From contig CAYRUX010000255.1 of assembly GCA_964427515.1 (NCBI GenBank), positions 1-51,658 on the forward strand: 51,658 bases of DNA, given 5' to 3'. Source of the DNA: an uncultured Rhizobiaceae bacterium (GTDB taxonomy: Bacteria > Pseudomonadota > Alphaproteobacteria > UBA828). Below are positions 40,892-49,419 of the stretch, piece by piece. The position numbers and the translations under genes are program-made. How positions within the stretch are numbered: the stretch's first letter is position 1; the number at the start of each line of letters is the position of its first letter. The notes below the pieces were generated by a model that worked only from the letters and a program-made list of their open reading frames with translations, made no database searches and was not told the origin of the DNA.

Positions 40892-41833
40892 TTAGAGAAA
40901 ATCTCTTTTTTTATCAAGCAGTTCTGATACTTTCGCCACAATATTTTCAGCTGTAATACCATAAACACGCATCAGATCCTCCTGACGACCATACTGGTGA
41001 GGAAATACATCGGGGACACCAATACGACAAAAATGCAGTTTACTGTAACTCGAATTTTCAACTATAAACTCTGACACAGCGCTCCCGAGTCCCCCAATCA
41101 TGAAATGTTCCTCAATAGTCATAACAACCTTAGCTTTTGATAATTGTTGTTTTAAAGTTTTTTTATCTAAAGGTTTTATCGTATGCATATGCAAAATACT
41201 TGCATTTACTCCCTTTTGTTTGAGTTCATTGGAAGCCTCTACTGCAATCTGAAGCGTTATACCTGTGGTAATCAATAATACATCTTCGCCAGTTTCTAAT
41301 TGAATGGCATTCCCAATTTTACAAGTTAAACTATTGCTACTTACGATCGGATCCCCACCCTTAGCTAAACGTATATAGATTGGGCCTGGCCAATCAACCG
41401 TTTGAGGTATCAGACGTTCCATTTCATCAGCATCACAGGGTGCTAAAATTGTCATATTTGGAATCGAACGGAGAATAGCTATAACGTCAACAGCCAAATG
41501 CGTGGGGCCTAACGGGGCATAAACAAGACCGCCCCCATTACCAATAAGCCTTACAGAAGCATTATGCAAACAAACATCATTAACTAATTGCTCAAAACAA
41601 CGTCGGGTAAGAAATGTAGCTATAGTGTTAACATAAACTACCTTTCCATCCATGGCCATACCGGTTGCCATACCTACTATATGAGCCTCACTCACGCCTT
41701 CCATTACAAATCTATCGGGCATTTCGTGTTTGAACTCATCAAGGGTCCCTGTTCCCAAATCTGATCCAATAAAGATGATACGCTCATCCTTCAATGCCTG
41801 CTGATAGACTGTATTGAGACACGTTTTACGCAT
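40892..41833 (-). CDS. Transketolase C-terminal subunit (pyrimidine-binding and C-terminal domains)
   Basis: Motifs SDLG, GVSEAH.VG.A.G.A, GPTH, P.D..E, GPIYIRL, TIKPLD and EEH...GGLGS. Confidence 0.92.
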   Translation of the reverse strand: MRKTCLNTVYQQALKDERIIFIGSDLGTGTLDEFKHEMPDRFVMEGVSEAHIVGMATGMAMDGKVVYVNTIATFLTRRCFEQLVNDVCLHNASVRLIGNGGGLVYAPLGPTHLAVDVIAILRSIPNMTILAPCDADEMERLIPQTVDWPGPIYIRLAKGGDPIVSSNSLTCKIGNAIQLETGEDVLLITTGITLQIAVEASNELKQKGVNASILHMHTIKPLDKKTLKQQLSKAKVVMTIEEHFMIGGLGSAVSEFIVENSSYSKLHFCRIGVPDVFPHQYGRQEDLMRVYGITAENIVAKVSELLDKKRDFL

Positions 41834-42663
41834 TACGAAGTGTCCAATGAATTATAAAGCTGTTGAAACCCTTTTTGGCCAATTCGACTCTGGTGGTGCC
41901 AATGTGGATTACTTTCAGCAAATGGAATACCTCTACCTTTAACCGTATGGCAAATAATCACGAACGGTTGTGATCTAGAAAATGGCTTCTTTGCCAATAA
42001 ACCTTTCAGTTTATTTACATCATGTCCATCAACCTCTTCGACAGCAAAGCCAAATGACATCCATTTGTCAGCTAATGGCTCTAAATCTAAAACTTCATGT
42101 GTAGACCCGTATGACTGTAGTTTGTTATAATCAATTAATACGGTTAGGTTATCTAGCTTATGCTTAGATGCACTCATTGCTCCTTCCCAAATAGAGCCCT
42201 CGTTTATTTCCCCATCTCCAGTTATCACGTAAATATGACGTGCCGAGTTATCCATTCTTGCTGAGAATGCCATGCCAATTCCAATGGATAGTCCGTGTCC
42301 GAGTGCTCCCGTACACGCTTCAACACCAGGTATTTTTCTCGAATCAGGGTGTCCTCCTAAAATGCCGTCAAACTCACAAAATTTATCGAGCTCCATATCA
42401 GGGAAAAACTTTTTATCAGCCAAAATTGCATATAAAGCTAAACAACCATGCCCCTTGCTTAAAATACAACGGTCTCTTTCTAACCAATCAGGCTGATCCG
42501 CGCGATAATTCAATATATTATCGTAAAGTACCCTCATAATTTCCACTAAAGAGAATGCTGCTCCTAAATGTCCTCGATCTGCAGATTTCATCATTCGTAA
42601 AATACTGCGCCGCAGCTGTTTTGATCGGTCGTCCAAAGGTACTAATTCGGTTCTATATGACAT
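41833..42663 (-). CDS. Transketolase N-terminal (ThDP-binding) subunit
   Basis: Motifs GHLG, RDR.ILSKGH, LGGHP, TGALGHG, GDGE.NEGS.WE...N and HTVKG.G. Likely ATG at 42663 (track start 42693). Confidence 0.92.
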   Translation of the reverse strand: MSYRTELVPLDDRSKQLRRSILRMMKSADRGHLGAAFSLVEIMRVLYDNILNYRADQPDWLERDRCILSKGHGCLALYAILADKKFFPDMELDKFCEFDGILGGHPDSRKIPGVEACTGALGHGLSIGIGMAFSARMDNSARHIYVITGDGEINEGSIWEGAMSASKHKLDNLTVLIDYNKLQSYGSTHEVLDLEPLADKWMSFGFAVEEVDGHDVNKLKGLLAKKPFSRSQPFVIICHTVKGRGIPFAESNPHWHHQSRIGQKGFQQLYNSLDTS

Positions 42664-43795
42664 AGGGGAACTCTTTATCAGCATGAATAGCATTTTTCAA
42701 AAATATGTTTGCTTTCTCTAGTTGTTCTTGAAAGTAATACTTCGTCTTTATTTTACCTCGACCAGAGAATTGCCTTCTTTTCCAATCAGATGAACAAAAT
42801 TCATTCAAAACGATGAATGCCCACTTAAGTCCAAAAAGTGGAAAATATAATTGAATTCTATTACATAGGTTCTCATCCGTTGCGCCAAATTTTTTTATAC
42901 AGTCGTCCATAAACATCCTAGATTGTTGCTCATTCAATTGCATGGCTGGATGCAGTAGAAAGTCTGATACCGTTTTTGCAGGGTCATCCCACCCAAAATA
43001 TTCAAAATCTATAAATATCAAAACATTGTCATCTCTTCGGATTGCATTGTGAAAACCAAAGTCAGAAGGACTTAAAGTGCGGTGGACAGACTCTAAGCTA
43101 CAAGACGGAACGCTTCCAAACTGCACACAACGTTGATTAGCGGACTCTTTTAAGCGTTCTAAAGTAGGAACCATCTTTTCATCTCGGAATTTACAAAAAT
43201 CTTTGAATAGTGGAACATCTTTTTCTACATTATTAAGACGTAACAAACGCATGTTCAAATTTTCTGTTAATTCATTAAGAGAAAAGCAAGCCTCAGCAGC
43301 TGATTGTAATTTTTGTGCATCAGGGAAACGCGTTACGTTTTTTAGACTGGTTATAAAATTAGCAGCTTGCGTAATATCGTAATTCTTCGGAGAGTTTAAA
43401 TTCGCCTGCTCTCCTTTTATAAATTCAAAAACCGCTATACCTAGATCTTTATCACAAGCCAATGGTCTGGCAATATGCCGAATACCGTGCCTCCATAGGA
43501 ACTCTAAACTGTAAAACTCAACCTCCAATCGGTCTGATGCGGCAGACGGTTTAAAATACCGCTTTACAAATAGACTCTCCTCATTGAGAGTTTTTATCTT
43601 AAAAACCCTATTGTTACCGCCACCATTAATTTTTTCCACTCCAAATACTTGAATGCCAAGCAAATTTTCAACAACCTTGGAAATCAAAACAATATCTTTT
43701 TGTGAACTATCCTGTGTCAAGAAGGTATGCCGAGATTTCTTGCCATGATGAAAAAGATCTAAGGGCAAGACCCCTTTGGGTATTTGAACTATCAA
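42653..43795 (-). CDS. Aminoglycoside phosphotransferase/choline kinase-like protein
   Basis: Motifs GGGNNRVF, FVKRY, LSPSDFGFHN (Brenner-like) and FIDFEYFGWDDP. The real start may be the TTG at 43720. Confidence 0.8.
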   Translation of the reverse strand: MIVQIPKGVLPLDLFHHGKKSRHTFLTQDSSQKDIVLISKVVENLLGIQVFGVEKINGGGNNRVFKIKTLNEESLFVKRYFKPSAASDRLEVEFYSLEFLWRHGIRHIARPLACDKDLGIAVFEFIKGEQANLNSPKNYDITQAANFITSLKNVTRFPDAQKLQSAAEACFSLNELTENLNMRLLRLNNVEKDVPLFKDFCKFRDEKMVPTLERLKESANQRCVQFGSVPSCSLESVHRTLSPSDFGFHNAIRRDDNVLIFIDFEYFGWDDPAKTVSDFLLHPAMQLNEQQSRMFMDDCIKKFGATDENLCNRIQLYFPLFGLKWAFIVLNEFCSSDWKRRQFSGRGKIKTKYYFQEQLEKANIFLKNAIHADKEFPYVI

Positions 43796-44342
43796 AAAAC
43801 ATTTTTTCTACGTCTTTAGGAAACTTGGGATCCTCAAGGACTTCAATTAAATCATCTATAAAATGGCTGCATCTGCATCTAATTATAAAATCAATTTTTT
43901 CATTTCGCGTAGTAGAAAAAATAACGCGTGACTTATCAAGACCTCCGCCACTTTCTCTAAATAAACCGTTAACTTCCATCCAATTTAAGGCAGCACTTCT
44001 CAGATTAGTCCCGGTTAGATCTAAATTCGCATAAGTAGTTTTGTGGCTAATTATAAAAACTACAATATTCAACTGCTTGCAAAGAAGAAAAAATTCTGCA
44101 ACGCCATCAATTAAATCTGCTCTATTTATCTCAGGACCATATATTTCGGCCTGTATAGTTTGCCAGATATGCTCTCCATCTGGAAGCAACCGAAGAGCAT
44201 TCCTGATATCACGTTTACCAGATATGGTATTGGGTATCAGACCGCGAGATATGGCAATATCCTTGATAAGACGATCATAGCTAATAATCGTATTATCAAA
44301 ATCCACACCTAAAATTATCGGACTAATAAAACCATCCATCAC
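43707..44342 (-). CDS. HAD-superfamily hydrolase (putative phosphatase)
   Basis: Motif I GVDFDNTI, motif II IISHKT, a Lys in EKI, and motif IV FIDDL. Confidence 0.82.
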   Translation of the reverse strand: MMDGFISPIILGVDFDNTIISYDRLIKDIAISRGLIPNTISGKRDIRNALRLLPDGEHIWQTIQAEIYGPEINRADLIDGVAEFFLLCKQLNIVVFIISHKTTYANLDLTGTNLRSAALNWMEVNGLFRESGGGLDKSRVIFSTTRNEKIDFIIRCRCSHFIDDLIEVLEDPKFPKDVEKMFFDSSNTQRGLALRSFSSWQEISAYLLDTG

Positions 44343-44348
44343 TTAAAA

Positions 44349-45353
44349 TCAGCAAAAATTAATAGACTGAAGCAACTTAATATTAAAATATTTTGGAGCT
44401 TCCATAGAATTTTCAATTTTGCCCTGTCGAAACGCATCAAGTAGATTTTGCACTGCATTATCGATTGACCTACGTGGATGAAACCCTGCTTTTCGGAAGA
44501 CCCGATCAGACGAAATATGATTCGCACGCCGGTCATCTGTAGGAAGAACCTTCACTAAAACTGAATCTCCAACGATAGTACGCACTTTTTTTGCAATGGT
44601 AATTACGCTATGATTTTCGTAACCTACGTTATACACTTGACCGTCAAAGATAGCACGTGGCCAATTCAAACACTCTACATAAAGATCCGTCATGTCATCT
44701 ATATGAATATTTGGTCTGGTTTGTTCACCGCCAAACACTTTGATTACGCCATTATTAACAGCGTGGTTTGTTAAAATATTGACAGTTAAATCAAGACGAA
44801 GACGAGGAGAATAACCGCAAACAGTAGCTGGTCTAATTATCAAGGTTTCAAAATTTGGGGAGCGCCTTGCTAGTAGTACCTCTTCGCATAACGCCTTGTA
44901 CTTTGAGTAATCAGTGAGTGGTTCTAAAGATAGCTCTTCTGTTACTTCTACATCTTTCTTAATTCCATAAACACTAGAAGAGGAAGCATAAACGAACCTA
45001 TCTATCCCTGCAGCAATAGAATTATCAACTAGCGATATAAACGCTTCATAATTAATTTGCCTCCCCAGCTCAGGATTCAAATCAAAAGAAGGATCGTTAG
45101 AAATACATGCAAGATGAATTACGCTATCGCAACCTTTTAATGACTGAAATACTAATTCTTGATCTCTTATATCGCCACGAATCTCTTTCAAGTTCCGGTG
45201 ATTTCTCAAAGCGGATAGTACATCCGTTCCGAAAAGATAAAGATCCAATACGGTAACTTCATGCCCGCTTGCTAATAATTTCGGCACTAATAGGCTTCCT
45301 ACATAGCCAGCACCACCTGTTACTAGTATTTTTCTAGATCTAATCGTGCTCAT
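44349..45353 (-). CDS. NAD-dependent nucleotide-sugar epimerase/dehydratase (extended SDR)
   Basis: Motifs TGGAGYVG, HLACISNDPS, ASSSSVYG, YSKYK, RPATVCGYSPR.RLDL.VN and RPNIH. Confidence 0.9.
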   Translation of the reverse strand: MSTIRSRKILVTGGAGYVGSLLVPKLLASGHEVTVLDLYLFGTDVLSALRNHRNLKEIRGDIRDQELVFQSLKGCDSVIHLACISNDPSFDLNPELGRQINYEAFISLVDNSIAAGIDRFVYASSSSVYGIKKDVEVTEELSLEPLTDYSKYKALCEEVLLARRSPNFETLIIRPATVCGYSPRLRLDLTVNILTNHAVNNGVIKVFGGEQTRPNIHIDDMTDLYVECLNWPRAIFDGQVYNVGYENHSVITIAKKVRTIVGDSVLVKVLPTDDRRANHISSDRVFRKAGFHPRRSIDNAVQNLLDAFRQGKIENSMEAPKYFNIKLLQSINFC

Positions 45354-46344
45354 TTGGAGAATCACCTAAATAGCGAAACCACGTTTCAGTAGCTTTATGG
45401 ATGCTATCTTTTGTCCAAATAGGAGCATCACGCCATTGCTCAATTTGATTAAGCATGATGTTAACACCATCTTCAAAAGGCGTGGCAGCCCTCCAACCCA
45501 GCATGCGTTCAATTTTTGAAATATTTGCTCGCGTACAGTCTGGCTCCCCAGGACGTTTTGGAATGTAGACAACATCACCCCCTAGAATCTCTGCAATTTC
45601 ATTTACGCATCGCGCCTCTCCAGTACCAACATTCATTATTTCTCCAATTACTTCACTTTCAGCGGTCATTATTAGAGCTTTAACTACATCGTCTACAAAA
45701 GTGAAGTCCCTACTCTGTGAGCCATCACCCACTACTGTTAGAGGTTTACCAGCTAATTTTTGTGCCAAGAACACGCTGAAAACTGCGCCATAACTCCCAG
45801 TGGTTCGTGACCTAGGTCCGAAGATATTAAACGCTCTAAGGGAATTGCAGGGAAGTTTATACGTCTGACACCAGTGCATTACCATTGTTTCACCGAGATA
45901 TTTTGACAATGCATAAGGATACATAGTTCTAATTTCTGCCGTTTCTGGTGTAGGTACAACGTCCGGAAGGCCATAGCACGAAGACGAAGCCATGTAGATA
46001 AAACGTTTTATCCCCATTTTACGAGATGCTTCTAGCACTGCTATGGTGCCATTTACATTTGAATTATGGTACTTTAATGGTTCTTCTATGGACGGTACTA
46101 CATCTGCCAAGGCTGCAACATGGAACACCCAGTCCACATCTTGAAAATAGGGTTCTATCTTTATGTGATCTGCGATATCAGCCTCATGAAGTACAAAGTT
46201 TTCCTTTGGTATCATCGAAGCCAAATTTTCTTTGCGACCAGAAGTAAAGTTATCTATAACAATTACATCATGTCCCTGTTCAAGCAAGCTTTCAGCGAGA
46301 TGACTACCAACAAATCCGGCACCTCCAGTTACAAGGCATTTCAT
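45340..46344 (-). CDS. NAD-dependent nucleotide-sugar epimerase/dehydratase (extended SDR)
   Basis: Motifs TGGAGFVGSHL, HVAALADVVPSI, ASSSCYG, YALSK, FNIFGPR and GDG.QSRDF. Confidence 0.92.
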   Translation of the reverse strand: MKCLVTGGAGFVGSHLAESLLEQGHDVIVIDNFTSGRKENLASMIPKENFVLHEADIADHIKIEPYFQDVDWVFHVAALADVVPSIEEPLKYHNSNVNGTIAVLEASRKMGIKRFIYMASSSCYGLPDVVPTPETAEIRTMYPYALSKYLGETMVMHWCQTYKLPCNSLRAFNIFGPRSRTTGSYGAVFSVFLAQKLAGKPLTVVGDGSQSRDFTFVDDVVKALIMTAESEVIGEIMNVGTGEARCVNEIAEILGGDVVYIPKRPGEPDCTRANISKIERMLGWRAATPFEDGVNIMLNQIEQWRDAPIWTKDSIHKATETWFRYLGDSPNEHD

Positions 46345-46471
46345 ATTATTAAGTCACCTCAACTAATTTTTACCTAATCTTCGTAATATCTTCTCTTATA
46401 AACTGCCAAATATGAACACTCTAGTTAACCAAATTTTTGATTATATAAGATTTGCTAACTTTATGAATCAA

Positions 46472-48013
46472 TTATTTGAGTAGAACTGATATATATTGGA
46501 GAAGCGAAGCCTTCTCTATGGTTCGACTATTACCAACTATTTGGACCTCCAACGCCGCAGCTGCTGCTCCCACAAAAGATGATACGCTAAGTGGGAGGCC
46601 AGATGCTAAACAAATTGATACTAAAGACAAAAAAGCGTCCCCGGCGCCTACACGATCTATCACCTTTGACGCAAGTGGGGGTATATGATGTGGCTCTCCG
46701 TTATCTTTATTTATAGAAAACAAACCCTTAGCGCCCTTTGTAATAGAAATATAGTCGGCATTCAGCTTTGACATAATTTTGCGCGCTAATACCTCTGATG
46801 CGTCATGCCGATTATGGGTTGCCAACCAAAGCTCAGGCTCATTAAGGCAAACAAAGTTTGCCTTTGAGTAACGGGTTACAACATGATAACCCCTATTTCC
46901 ACTATTAACCTGCGTATTAACTGCTAAAAACGAGCTTGAATTGCAAATTATGTCAATCATACGCTGGGTAAGCATCCCATTTCCGTAATCGGGCACAATA
47001 ATTGCATCAAAGCCCTGAAGGTGGTTTTCTAACCATGAACATACTTGGTTTTCTTCGTCTGGTGAAACCTGAGGTTCTTCCTCAAAGTAATATATTTCAA
47101 ATAATTTAGATAAAGCATCAGCATCAACAAACCTTTCCTTGACGATTGTTTGAGCAGCAGAACACCTAATTAACTGTGGTGTAATATTTTTATTTAGGTT
47201 GGCACGCACAAAATCCTCATCGTTAACCCCGTGAGCCCCTCTACCCCCTAACGTAGTTAATAAACTTGTCTTTTTAACGAAAGCTGCAACGTGGTTAGCC
47301 ACAGCCAAAGCTCCACCAGCATAGTCCTCTGAGTAATTATAACGAACTGATAATGCTGAACTTTTACCACTTTGCCCGAGCGGAGAAACGAATGTATATC
47401 GGTCAATAATTGCTTCACCAATAATCAATACTCTTAAGTCTTCTAAGTTCCCTATCTGAGTGGCTATATCTTCAAATTTTATCTCTTCCCTAAGGCCTTG
47501 GAGATACCGGTTGGTTTCTTCAGGAAAAATACTAAAATGCCTATTCAAAATATTACTTGAGCTAAAAGTAATTTCGTCCGTAAAAATTATTCGGCCACCT
47601 TCCTCTTCTATTGCCTTTTGCTCATCATGAATTTTCCCTGATAAATCATTGGCCGAATCACGATAGTCATTACCTTTCGCGTATATATTAGGTTTAATTT
47701 CTCTTATTACCGGTTCTGCTGTGTCAGCATGGTTAATTGCTACATAATCCACACACGACAAAGCTGCTAAGGCCTCTGCCCTCAACCTATCACTAAAAAC
47801 TGGTCTCCCAGGGCCTTTGCGGGAAAATTGATCGGCAGTTACAGTAACTATTAGTAAATCGCCTTCGTTTTTCGCCTTCTGAAGATGTCGAACATGCCCC
47901 AAATGAATAAGGTCGAACATACCATGACAAAGAACAATAACCTTCCCTTGAGCTCTTTGGGATGAGACTATTTTTGTAATTTCTTTCAGGGAATAAATAT
48001 TATCTTGAGACAC
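46472..48013 (-). CDS. Bifunctional nucleotidyltransferase (cytidylyltransferase-like) / PfkB kinase; HldE-related with reversed domain order
   Basis: N-terminal HG.FDLIHLGH (HIGH-like), KGPGRP, YAKG.DY and SSS. C-terminal DYGNG, NEPE and DRVGAGDAF (PfkB signature). Confidence 0.88.
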   Translation of the reverse strand: MSQDNIYSLKEITKIVSSQRAQGKVIVLCHGMFDLIHLGHVRHLQKAKNEGDLLIVTVTADQFSRKGPGRPVFSDRLRAEALAALSCVDYVAINHADTAEPVIREIKPNIYAKGNDYRDSANDLSGKIHDEQKAIEEEGGRIIFTDEITFSSSNILNRHFSIFPEETNRYLQGLREEIKFEDIATQIGNLEDLRVLIIGEAIIDRYTFVSPLGQSGKSSALSVRYNYSEDYAGGALAVANHVAAFVKKTSLLTTLGGRGAHGVNDEDFVRANLNKNITPQLIRCSAAQTIVKERFVDADALSKLFEIYYFEEEPQVSPDEENQVCSWLENHLQGFDAIIVPDYGNGMLTQRMIDIICNSSSFLAVNTQVNSGNRGYHVVTRYSKANFVCLNEPELWLATHNRHDASEVLARKIMSKLNADYISITKGAKGLFSINKDNGEPHHIPPLASKVIDRVGAGDAFLSLVSICLASGLPLSVSSFVGAAAAALEVQIVGNSRTIEKASLLQYISVLLK

Positions 48014-48135
48014 TACTTTACCTATAAAATCAGTTTAACTAATCGAATTTGATAAAATCTCTCAAAATATATTATACGCATACAAGGCAAATATATTTTG
48101 TCGTAACCGCAAAAAAGACGTCTATCTTTGTTATT

Positions 48136-49377
48136 CTATCGTAGTAATTCTAACTCAGACCAAATATCTTTGGGAGACAACAGCGAAGAAAATGTAACTT
48201 TTTGCTTAGTTAATCCTCTTATTCGACTGATCACCGACTCCTCATTTTCATTATTTACTGCCAGTAGGCAGGTAATTGGCCCAGAAGCTTTCCTTATACT
48301 TTCAGGGTTTTGTATAACTAATTTAGTCCCCGGGGCACATTTACCCTGTTTTTCTATCTGATCATCAAAAATTACGTCAATTAAACTTTCCAAATGTAAC
48401 GCATTAACGGTCATGACACCTCGAGCACCGATACCGAACAGCACAATTACTTGCCCCGCACGCTTTCTCTCCGCAAGACAGTCACGCAAATCAGTTCCAA
48501 ATTTATTTTGCTTAACACTATACTGTTCATAAACTTTTTGCAGATGTTTATCATCTTGTTCTAGCGAAAATTCATATTTTACATTTTGATTAATATTAAC
48601 AACCTTCTTCCGAGCAATTGCGGAAAGTGATTCGCCTGTAAATAAATAACGCCGCATATCTATCATTTCGTAACCGAAACCTGTTAACATTCCCTGTAAT
48701 GTATCCTCACTGAAATAATTAACATGTTCTTCCCAAAGAATAGAAGCATCCCCCATTTCTATAGCACCTCTGCACTCTGGAGCGTCCAACATTATAATTC
48801 CACCCGGTTTAAGGAGCATTCCAACGCAGATAAAAAATTCATTCAAATCAGTTATATGTTCTATGACATGACGTGATACGATGTTGTCAAATAATCCATG
48901 AGATCTCAATATCTCAGAACTGCACTCTGAAGATAATAACTTTTGGTAAACTTCCAAACCCGATTTCCTTGCCAAATCTGCTGCGACTGGGTTTGGCTCA
49001 ACACCTACACACTCAGAAAATCCCGCCGATTTTAAATCGTTTAAAAACGTTCCGTCATTACATCCAATTTCGAGAACCTTTGGGCCAGCACTTAATTCTT
49101 CTATTAGTCTTACCTGACGATTCCGATGGGGCTCTGGTTTCCACGATGTAAAACAAAAATTGTATTCTCCATAGAGCTTTTCAGGGGAAATTGGGTTCAA
49201 TATTTGAGGCAAGTTACACGATTGGCACGTATGAACAATATATTGAAATGTTTCCTCAAAATTACAACTTGGTTCTAAATAGCTATGAGAAATAGGTAAA
49301 CGCCCTAGATCAACTAGTGTCGAGAATTCTTTTCCACCACAAAGGTGACAGGTTGCTTGACTAATCTGTTGTACCAT
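48136..49377 (-). CDS. NDP-sugar C-methyltransferase-like protein (Zn-binding N-terminus + class I SAM + C-terminal domain)
   Basis: Zn site CHLC...CQSC, then LEIGCNDG, GVEP, HVIEH, EEHVNYFS, FGIGARG and DD...KQG...PG. Confidence 0.8.
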   Translation of the reverse strand: MVQQISQATCHLCGGKEFSTLVDLGRLPISHSYLEPSCNFEETFQYIVHTCQSCNLPQILNPISPEKLYGEYNFCFTSWKPEPHRNRQVRLIEELSAGPKVLEIGCNDGTFLNDLKSAGFSECVGVEPNPVAADLARKSGLEVYQKLLSSECSSEILRSHGLFDNIVSRHVIEHITDLNEFFICVGMLLKPGGIIMLDAPECRGAIEMGDASILWEEHVNYFSEDTLQGMLTGFGYEMIDMRRYLFTGESLSAIARKKVVNINQNVKYEFSLEQDDKHLQKVYEQYSVKQNKFGTDLRDCLAERKRAGQVIVLFGIGARGVMTVNALHLESLIDVIFDDQIEKQGKCAPGTKLVIQNPESIRKASGPITCLLAVNNENEESVISRIRGLTKQKVTFSSLLSPKDIWSELELLR

Positions 49378-49419
49378 ATTGTTTTTTGCTAGACTAACAA
49401 ATGAGTAATTATCATAATT

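Noticed and set aside
40892-42693. Housekeeping pentose-phosphate transketolase or DXS
   Set aside because: It is a short two-subunit type coupled to glycan genes, not the ~660 aa single-chain Tkt or ~630 aa Dxs.
42653-43795. Aminoglycoside resistance gene
   Set aside because: The catalytic loop is atypical and the gene is embedded in a sugar biosynthesis operon; the APH fold alone does not imply resistance.
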